Positions 32,700 through 42,239 of a stretch of 64,000 bases of DNA are shown in pieces (positions within the stretch are counted from its first letter, which is position 1; every line of letters starts with the position of its first letter). A program made the translations under genes and the position numbers. The stretch is taken from NCBI GenBank assembly GCA_964035545.1, contig CAXIUT010000183.1, forward strand, positions 1,364,001-1,428,000, given 5' to 3'. Source of the stretch: Bugula neritina (lineage: Eukaryota; Animalia; Bryozoa). Below the pieces are notes generated by a model. The model was not told where the DNA came from. It did no database searches and worked only from the letters and a program-made list of their open reading frames with translations.

Positions 32700-35600
32700 A
32701 ACATACTGAAATACACTGCAACATACTACCACATATTGAAATACACTGCAACACATTGAAATGTACTGCAACATACCGAAATATATGGTAAACTACTAAA
32801 ATATACTGTAACACATTGAAAAATACTGCAACATACTGAAATATACTGCGACACCTAGCAATATACTGTAACATACTGAAATATGCTCTAGCACACTGAA
32901 ATACAATGCAACTTACAGAAATATACTGCAACATACTGAAATACACTGCAACATCCTACAATATGCTGAAATACACAGTAACATATTGAAATACACTGCA
33001 ACACTTTGAAATATACTGCAACATACCGAAATATATGGTAAACTACTGCAACATACTACAACATACTGAAATACACTGCAACACATTGAAATATACTGCG
33101 ACATACCTAAATATACGGTAATATACTGAAATATACTGTAACACATTGAAAAATACTGCAACATACTGAAATATACTGTAACACACCGAAATATACTGCA
33201 ACATACTGAAATACACTGTAACATACTGAAATACACTGCTACATACTGAAATATACTGCAACATACTGCAACATACTGAAATACACAGTAACATACTGAA
33301 ATAAACTGCAACATACTACAACATATTGAAATACACTGCAACACATTGAAATATACTGCAACATACCTAAATATACGGTAATATACTGAAATTCACTGTA
33401 ACGCATTGCAAAATACTGCAACATACTGAAATTCACTGCGACACACTGAAATACGCTGCAAAATACTACAACATACTGAAATAAACTGTAACATATTGAA
33501 ATACACTGCAACACATTGAAAAATACTGCAACATACTGAAATATACTGTAACACACTGAAATATACTGCAACATACTGAAATACACTCTAACATACTGAA
33601 ATATACTGCAACATACTGAAATACACTGCTACATACTGAAATATACTGCAACATACTGCAACATACTGCAATACCCTGTAAAATACTGAAATACACTGCA
33701 ACATACTACAACATATTGAAATACACTGCAACACATTGAAATACACTGCAACTTACCGAATATATGGTAAACTACTGAAATATACTGTAACGCATTGAAA
33801 AGTACTGCAACATACTGAAATATATTGCGACACATTGCAATAAACTGTAACATACTGAAAAATGCTGTAGCACACTGAAATACACTGCCATTCACTGAAA
33901 TATACTGCAACATACTGAAATACACCGCAACATCCTACAACATACTGAAATACACTGTAACATATTGAAATACACTGCAACACAATGAAATATACTGCAA
34001 CATACCGAAATATATCGTAAACTACTGAAATATACTGTAACACATTGAAAAAAACTGCAACATACTGAAATATACTGCGACACCTAGCAATATACTGTAA
34101 CATACTGAAATATGCTCTAGCACACTGAAATACAATGCAACTCACTGAAATATACTGCAACATACTGAAATACACTGCAACATCCTACAACATGCTGAAA
34201 TACACTGTAACATATTGAAATACACTGCAACACTTTGAAATATACTGCAACATACCGAAATATATGGTAAACTACTGCAACACACTACAACATATTGAAA
34301 TACACTGCAACACATTGAAATATACTGCAACATGCCTAAATTTACGGTAATATAATGAAATATACTGTAACACACCGAAATATACTGCAACATACTGAAA
34401 TACACTGTAACATACTGAAATATACTGCAACATACTGAAATACACTGCAACACACTGAAATACACTGCAAAATACTACAACATACTGAAATACTTTGTAA
34501 CATATTGAAATACACTGCAACATACTACCACATATTGAAATACACTGCAACACATTGAAATGTACTGCAACATACCGAAATATATGGTAAACTACTAAAA
34601 TATGCTGTAACACATTGAAAAATACTGCAACATACTGAAATATACTGCGACACCTAGCAATATACTGTAACATACTGAAATATGCTCTAGCACACTGAAA
34701 TACAATGCAACTTACTGAAATATACTGCAACATACTGAAATACACTGCAACATCCTACAATATGCTGAAATACACAGTAATATATTGAAATACACTGCAA
34801 CACTTTGACATACACTGCAACATACCGAAATATATGGTAAACTACTGCAACATACTACAACATACTGAAATACACTGCAACACATTGAAATATACTGCGA
34901 CATACCTAAATATACGGTAATATACTGAAATATACTGTAACACATTGAAAAATACTGCAACATACTGAAATATACTGTAACACACCGAAATATACTGCAA
35001 CATACTGAAATACACTGTAACATACTGAAATACACTGCTACATACTGAAATATACTGCAACATACTGCAACATACTGAAATACACAGTAACATACTGAAA
35101 TAAACTGCAACATACTACAACATATTGAAATACACTGCAACACATTGAAATATACTGCAACATACCTAAATATACGGTAATATACTGAAATTCACTGTAA
35201 CGCATTGCAAAATACTGCAACATACTGAAATTCACTGCGACACACTGAAATACGCTGCAAAATACTACAACATACTGAAATAAACTGTAACATATTGAAA
35301 TACACTGCAACACATTGAAAAATACTGCAACATACTGAAATATACTGTAACACACTGAAATATACTGCAACATACTGAAATACACTCTAACATACTGAAA
35401 TATACTGCAACATACTGAAATACACTGCTACATACTCAAATATACTGCAACATACTGCAACATACTGCAATACACTGTAAAATACTGAAATACACTGCAA
35501 CATACTACAACATATTGAAATACACTGCAACACATTGAAATACACTGCAACTTACCGAATATATGGTAAACTACTGAAATATACTGTAACGCATTGAAAA

Positions 35601-38600
35601 GTACTGCAACATACTGAAATATATTGCGACACATTGCAATAAACTGTAACATACTGAAAAATGCTGTAGCACACTGAAATACACTGCCATTCACTGAAAT
35701 ATACTGCAACATACTGAAATACACCGCAACATCCTACAACATACTGAAATACACTGTAACATATTGAAATACACTGCAACACAATGAAATATACTGCAAC
35801 ATACTGAAATATATCGTAAACTACTGAAATATACTGTAACACATTGAAAAAAACTGCAACATACTGAAATATACTGCGACACCTAGCAATATACTGTAAC
35901 ATACTGAAATATGCTCTAGCACACTGAAATACAATGCAACTCACTGAAATATACTGCAACATACTGAAATACACTGCAACATCCTACAACATGCTGAAAT
36001 ACACTGTAACATATTGAAATACACTGCAACACTTTGAAATATACTGCAACATACCGAAATATATGGTAAACTACTGCAACACACTACAACATATTGAAAT
36101 ACACGGCAACACATTGAAATATACTGCAACATGCCTAAATTTACGGTAATATAATGAAATATACTGTAACACACCGAAATATACTGCAACATACTGAAAT
36201 ACACTGTAACATACTGAAATATACTGCAACATACTGAAATACACTGCAACACACTGAAATACACCGCAAAATACTACAACATACTGAAATACTTTGTAAC
36301 ATATTGAAATACACTGCAACATACTACCACATATTGAAATACACTGCAACACATTGAAATGTACTGCAACATACCGAAATATATGGTAAACTAGTAAAAT
36401 ATACTGTAACACATTGAAAAATACTGCAACATACTGAAATATACTGCGACACCTAGCAATATACTGTAACATACTGAAATATGCTCTAGCACACTGAAAT
36501 ACAATGCAACTTACTGAAATATACTGCAACATACTGAAATACACTGCAACATCCTACAATATGCTGAAATACACAGTAATATATTGAAATACACTGCAAC
36601 ACTTTGACATACACTGCAACATACCGAAATATATGGTAAACTACTGCAACATACTACAACATACTGAAATACACTGCAACACATTGAAATATACTGCGAC
36701 ATACCTAAATATACGGTAATATACTGAAATATACTGTAACACATTGAAAAATACTGCAACATACTGAAATATATTGTAACACACCGAAATATACTGCAAC
36801 ATACTGAAATACACTGTAACATACTGAAATACACTGCTACATACTGAAATATACTGCAACATACTGCAACATACTGAAATACACAGTAACATACTGAAAT
36901 AAACTGCAACATACTACAACATATTGAAATACACTGCAACACATTGAAATATACTGCAACATACCTAAATATACGGTAATATACTGAAATTCACTGTAAC
37001 GCATTGCAAAATACTGCAACATACTGAAATTCACTGCGACACACTGAAATACGCTGCAAAATACTACAACATACTGAAATAAACTGTAACATATTGAAAT
37101 ACACTGCAACACATTGAAAAATACTGCAACATACTGAAATATACTGTAACACACTGAAGTATACTGCAACATACTGAAATACACTCTAACATACTGAAAT
37201 ATACTGCAACATACTGAAATACACTGCTACATACTGAAATATACTGCAACATACTGCAACATACTGCAATACACTGTAAAATACTGAAATACACTGCAAC
37301 ATACTACAACATATTGAAATACACTGCAACACATTGAAATACACTGCAACTTACCGAATATATGGTAAACTACTGAAATATACTGTAACGCATTGAAAAG
37401 TACTGCAACATACTGAAATATATTGCGACACATTGCAATAAACTGTAACATACTGAAAAATGCTGTAGCACACTGAAATACACTGCCATTCACTGAAATA
37501 TACTGCAACATACTGAAATACGCCGCAACATCCCACAACATACTGAAATACACTGTAACATATTGAAATACACTGCAACACAATGAAATATACTGCAACA
37601 TACCGAAATATATCGTAAACTACTGAAATATACTGTAACACATTGAAAAAAACTGCAACATACTGAAATATACTGCGACACCTAGCAATATACTGTAACA
37701 TACTGAAATATGCTCTAGCACACTGAAATACAATGCAACTCACTGAAATATACTGCAACATACTGAAATACACTGCAACATCCTACAACATGCTGAAATA
37801 CACTGTAACATATTGAAATACACTGCAACACTTTGAAATATACTGCAACATACCGAAATATATGGTAAACTACTGCAACACACTACAACATATTGAAATA
37901 CACTGCAACACATTGAAATATACTGCAACATGCCTAAATTTACGGTAATATAATGAAATATACTGTAACACACCGAAATATACTGCAACATACTGAAATA
38001 CACTGTAACATACTGAAATATACTGCAACATACTGAAATACACTGCAACACACTGAAATACACCGCAAAATACTACAACATACTGAAATACTTTGTAACA
38101 TATTGAAATACACTGCAACATACTACCACATATTGAAATACACTGCAACACATTGAAATGTACTGCAACATACCGAAATATATGGTAAACTACTAAAATA
38201 TACTGTAACACATTGAAAAATACTGCAACATACTGAAATATACTGCGACACCTAGCAATATACTGTAACATACTGAAATATGCTCTAGCACACTGAAATA
38301 CAATGCAACTTACTGAAATATACTGCAACATACTGAAATACACTGCAACATCCTACAATATGCTGAAATACACAGTAATATATTGAAATACACTGCAACA
38401 CTTTGAAATACACTGCAACATACCGAAATATATGGTAAACTACTGCAACATACTACAACATACTGAAATACACTGCAACACATTGAAATATACTGCGACA
38501 TACCTAAATATACGGTAATATACTGAAATATACTGTAACACATTGAAAAATACTGCAACATACTGAAATATACTGTAACACACCGAAATATACTGCAACA

Positions 38601-38860
38601 TACTGAAATACACTGTAACATACTGAAATACACTGCTACATACTGAAATATACTGCAACATACTGCAACATACTGAAATACACAGTAACATACTGAAATA
38701 AACTGCAACATACTACAACATATTGAAATACACTGCAACACATTGAAATATACTGCAACATACCTAAATATACGGTAATATACTGAAATTCACTGTAACG
38801 CATTGCAAAATACTGCAACATACTGAAATTCACTGCGACACACTGAAATACGCTGCAAAA
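32700..38860. repeat. 1799-bp higher-order repeat, ~3.4 tandem copies
   Basis: ORF starts 32913/34712/36511/38310, 33629/35428/37227 and 34142/35941/37740. A few private substitutions per copy. Confidence 0.92.
33761..34270. repeat. Example of the underlying ~250-bp (25-monomer) unit: two adjacent diverged subtypes
   Basis: The gtaaactact landmark recurs at ~33770, 34020 and 34270 (also 13341/13591 and ~34590/34840). Internal landmarks are collinear: gcgacacattgcaat/gcgacacctagcaat, gctgtagcac/gctctagcac, ctgccattcac/atgcaactcac, catcctacaa. Confidence 0.8.
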
Positions 38861-40243
38861 TACTGAAATACACTGTAACATACTGAAATATACTGCAACA
38901 TACTGAAATACACTGCTACATACTGAAATTTACTGCAACATACTGCAACATACTGCAATACACTGTAAAATACTGAAATACACTCCAACATACTACAACA
39001 TATTGAAATACACTGCAACACATTGAAATACACTGCAACTTACCGAATATATGGTAAACTACTGAAATATACTGTAACGCATTGAAAAGTACTGCAACAT
39101 ACTGAAATATATTGCGACACATTGCAATAAACTGTAACATACTGAAAAATGCTGTAGCACACTGAAATACACTGCCATTCACTGAAATATACTGCAACAT
39201 ACTGAAATACACCGCAACATCCTACAACATACTGAAATACACTGTAACATATTGAAATACACTGCAACACATTGAAATATACTGCAACATAACGAAATAT
39301 ATGGTAAACTACTGAAATATATTTTAACACATCGAAAAATACTGCAACATACTGAAATAGATTTTAACACATTGAAAAATACTGCAACATACTGAAATAT
39401 ACTGTAACACACTGAAGTACACTGCAACTCACTGAAATATACTGCAATATACTGAAATACACTGCAACATCCTACAAAATGCTGAAATACACTGTAACAT
39501 ATTGAAATATACTGCGACACCTAGCAATATACTGTAACATACTGAAATATGCTCTAGCACACTGAAATACAATGTAACTCACTGAAATATACTGCAACAT
39601 ACTGAAATACACTGCAACATCCTACAACATGCTGAAATACACTGTAACATAGTGAAATACACTGCAACACTTTGAAATATACTGCAACATACCGAAATAT
39701 ATGGTAAACTACTGCAACACACTACAACATATTGAAATACACTGCAACACATTGAAATATACTGCAACATACCTAAATATACGGTAATATACTGAAATAT
39801 ACTGTAACACACCGAAATATACTGCAACATACTGAAATACACTGTAACATACTGAAATATACTGCAACATACTGAAATACACTGCTACATACTGAAATAT
39901 ACTGCAACATACTGAAATATACTGTAACACACTGAAGTACACTGCAACTCACTGAAATATACTGCAATATACTGAAATACACTGCAACATCCTACAAAAT
40001 GCTGAAATACACTGTAACATATTGAAATACACTGCAACACATTGAAATATACTGCAACATACCGAAATATATGGTAAACTACTGAAATATACTGTAACAC
40101 ATTGAAAAAAACTGACATACTGAAATATACTGCGACACCTAGCAATATACTGTAACATACTGAAATATGCTCTAGCACACTGAAATACAATGCAACTCAC
40201 TGAAATATACTGCAACATACTGAAATACACTGCAACATCCTAC

Positions 40244-40248
40244 AACAT
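40244..40248 (+). repeat. Target-site duplication, left copy (AACAT)
   Basis: Empty paralogous sites read TCCTAC-AACAT-GCTGAAA (e.g. 46031-46048). The left flank ends TCCTAC-AACAT and the right flank starts AACAT-GCTGAAA. Confidence 0.75.
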
Positions 40249-40253
40249 CCTAC

Positions 40254-42059
40254 ATCCTGAGAACCGCTAAATATGATTATTTTAAAGCTTTTATTAGCAA
40301 TTGTAACAGTTCGCAGCTTTGGGTACTTATAAATGAACAAACAGGGAAAGCCAAACTAAACAAAAGATGCTTTTCATCAAAACTGTATTCGGTTGAGGAC
40401 TCTGAAACCATGCTAGATAGCAATATGGATATAGCTAACAATTTCAATCTGTATTTTTCAACAATAGCCCAAAAACTAGCTTCAAATTTTACAAATTCGA
40501 ACTCCGATACCTACTCAATGCTGACAAATATTACTAAAGAAGAATTTCATTTAAAAAAAACTGATGAATCTCAAATAATTGAGATCATTGAAAAACTAGA
40601 TTCCAAGAAAGCTATAGGTTTAGACAATATCCCGACTAAACTTATCAAATTTTGCAAAATTTCACTATCTACACCACTTGCCTATTTATTTAACAAAAGC
40701 ATAGAAGAAAAAATTGTTCCAGCGCAAATTAAAACTGCTAAAATATTACCATTCTACAAAAAAGGTTCTCATGACAGATGTGAAAACTACCGCCCTATTT
40801 CAATCCTCCCCATTTTTAGTAAAATACTTGAAAAAATTGTTAACAATCAAATTTTAAACTTTTTAGAATCTAAAAATTTGATTTCTAAGAATCAATATGG
40901 CTTTCGAAAAAATTTAAGTACTGCAGATGCTGTTGTTAAATTTAAAAATAATACGCTCGAAGCTTTTAACAATGGAAATTGCGTTCTCGGAATTTTTATA
41001 GATTTTAGTAAGGCTTTTGACACTATAAATCACAATATTTTACTTGCAAAAATGAGAAAACTTGGTTTTAGTGAATCCACAGTGTCATGGGTTGCTAACT
41101 ACCTATCAAACCGAAGTCATTCCACACTAGTAAATGCAACCTTATCAAGTTCACGATCAGTGACCTGTGGGGTTCCCCAGGGATCTGTCTTGGGCCCTAC
41201 CTTATTTTTGATATATATAAACGATCTTGCTCAACAATTTAAACTTTTTAATCCCATTTTCTATGCCGACGACACTAATTTATTTTTTGAATCAAAAGAT
41301 TTGAACTCCCATTTGGAAGCTATAAATCAAGATCTAAACTCTCTGTCAATTTGGTGCAATAAAAACAAACTCACTATAAACTATGAAAAATGCAACTATA
41401 TTGTTTTAAAAAACTACCAAAATCCTTTTCAAATTCTAGAAAACTGTATATTATTAAATAAAAGACCTATAAATTACTCTAACAGCATAACTTTTCTAGG
41501 TGTACAAATAGATAAAAATTTAAATTGGAGCTTGCACATCTCAAACCTACTTACAAAATTACGACCACTTAGTGGATTAATATACCGATGTTCTGAATAT
41601 CTCCCTCAAAAAATTTTACTTTTGATATATAATTCTTTCATCAATTCCAAGTTAAATTATTGTGCAGAGGCCTGGGGAAATGCAGCTAATACCCATCTAA
41701 ACAAGATTTTTATTTTTCAAAAAAAGGTAATGCGTATCATGAACAAAAAACCGTTTGACCATCCATCAGCGCCTCTATTTACTAAGCATAAAGTTCTCTC
41801 AATATACCAGATTTACCGTTTTAAAGTGTTAAAGAAAGCTCATTCTTTTTTCTACTCTGACAATTTTTTTCCCACTCACTCTATCAATACACGTCAATCA
41901 TTCATAAATCTCCCCCTTCCTCACTCTCAAACAGCAGCAGGTCACAGAAGAAACTGTTATCAGGAGGTGGCACTATGGAATGAACTGCCAATCCCTTTAC
42001 GGTCAATTAGCAACCCTAATGAATTTGGGAGGAAGTTGAGGCTTTATCTGTTAGAATAG
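40254..42059 (+). CDS. LINE ORF2 fragment: linker + reverse transcriptase + C-terminal region; APE endonuclease domain and ORF1 absent (5' truncation). The 549-aa track ORF from 40410 starts at an internal Met
   Basis: Motifs: NYRPISILPIFSKILEKIV (from 40785), QYGFRK, FIDFSKAFDTINH, GVPQGSVLGPTLFLIYINDL (from 41169), YADD (41262-41273), FLGVQID, LWNELP (41973-41990). The frame stays open upstream of ATG 40410 (ILRTAKYDYFKAFISNCNSSQLWVLINEQTGK...) to the junction. No stop or frameshift over ~600 codons. Confidence 0.93.
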   Translation: MLRTAKYDYFKAFISNCNSSQLWVLINEQTGKAKLNKRCFSSKLYSVEDSETMLDSNMDIANNFNLYFSTIAQKLASNFTNSNSDTYSMLTNITKEEFHLKKTDESQIIEIIEKLDSKKAIGLDNIPTKLIKFCKISLSTPLAYLFNKSIEEKIVPAQIKTAKILPFYKKGSHDRCENYRPISILPIFSKILEKIVNNQILNFLESKNLISKNQYGFRKNLSTADAVVKFKNNTLEAFNNGNCVLGIFIDFSKAFDTINHNILLAKMRKLGFSESTVSWVANYLSNRSHSTLVNATLSSSRSVTCGVPQGSVLGPTLFLIYINDLAQQFKLFNPIFYADDTNLFFESKDLNSHLEAINQDLNSLSIWCNKNKLTINYEKCNYIVLKNYQNPFQILENCILLNKRPINYSNSITFLGVQIDKNLNWSLHISNLLTKLRPLSGLIYRCSEYLPQKILLLIYNSFINSKLNYCAEAWGNAANTHLNKIFIFQKKVMRIMNKKPFDHPSAPLFTKHKVLSIYQIYRFKVLKKAHSFFYSDNFFPTHSINTRQSFINLPLPHSQTAAGHRRNCYQEVALWNELPIPLRSISNPNEFGRKLRLYLLE

Positions 42060-42108
42060 TTGTATTTTTTTTGTATTTTTCTGGATAGAGTCGCTGTCAG
42101 CTCGTGTT

Positions 42109-42147
42109 GGCCCGCGCATGACTAGCTAGGCTATAGCGCAATGGGCC
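42109..42147 (+). promoter_or_regulatory. Predicted GC-rich RNA stem-loop in the LINE 3' UTR (candidate RT recognition element)
   Basis: GGCCC(42109-13)/GGGCC(42143-47), GCGC(42114-17)/GCGC(42136-39) and TAGC(42123-26)/GCTA(42130-33) nest around a TAG loop. 3' stem-loops are known cis elements of stringent L2/CR1-type LINEs; function here is inferred. Confidence 0.6.
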
Positions 42148-42205
42148 TCATCATCGCCTCCTTGGCATTTTCTAATGTCCTTGTGTTATTAAATACCTTT
42201 GATGA

Positions 42206-42211
42206 AATAAA
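42206..42211 (+). promoter_or_regulatory. AATAAA polyadenylation-signal-like hexamer just before the LINE tail
   Basis: gatgaAATAAAc-caaacaaa...; position directly upstream of the tail. Confidence 0.6.
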
Positions 42212-42212
42212 C

Positions 42213-42238
42213 CAAACAAACAAACAAACAAACAAACA
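42213..42238 (+). repeat. (CAAA)6CA microsatellite 3' tail of the LINE
   Basis: Six perfect CAAA units plus CA; the last AACA overlaps the right target-site copy. Confidence 0.95.
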
Positions 42239-42239
42239 T
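42235..42239 (+). repeat. Target-site duplication, right copy (AACAT; AACA is ambiguous with the tail)
   Basis: Removing 40249-42239 (1991 bp) restores the empty site and the 618-bp local repeat spacing (42494-39885=2609; 2609-1991=618). Confidence 0.75.

Larger units (their letters stand above)
1..40248. repeat. Satellite DNA array, 10-bp monomer / 20-bp dimer (consensus ACTGAAATAY-ACTGYAACAY), left arm; open at the window start
   Basis: Continuous 10-bp periodicity, visible directly in the 10-base blocks (e.g. actgaaatat actgcaacat actgaaatac actgtaacat). Single orientation. Recurrent variant monomers such as ccgaaatatatggtaaact, cctaaatatacggtaat, gcgacacctagcaat and gctctagcac. Confidence 0.99.
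40249..42238 (+). mobile_element. 5'-truncated non-LTR retrotransposon (LINE), CR1/L2 group
   Basis: Only non-satellite block. Contains a non-LTR RT ORF open up to the left junction, a ~150-bp 3' UTR, AATAAA and a (CAAA)n tail, flanked by AACAT direct repeats. A short tandem-repeat tail and C-terminal LWNxLP motif are typical of CR1/L2-group LINEs. Exact clade not determinable by eye. Confidence 0.95.

Noticed and set aside
40410-40412. ATG 40410 as the true start of a stand-alone or domesticated 549-aa RT gene
   Set aside because: The frame continues upstream with LINE-like linker sequence to the insertion junction. No promoter or 5' UTR is evident, so this is an internal Met of a truncated ORF2.
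40410-42059. Retron, DGR, group II intron or telomerase-like RT that synthesises the surrounding repeat
   Set aside because: The motifs (YRPIS, QYGFR, DFSKAFD, GVPQGSVLGP, YADD, LWNxLP), 5' truncation, 3' tail and TSD identify a non-LTR retrotransposon that interrupts a pre-existing array. No template copy of the satellite unit is seen inside the element.
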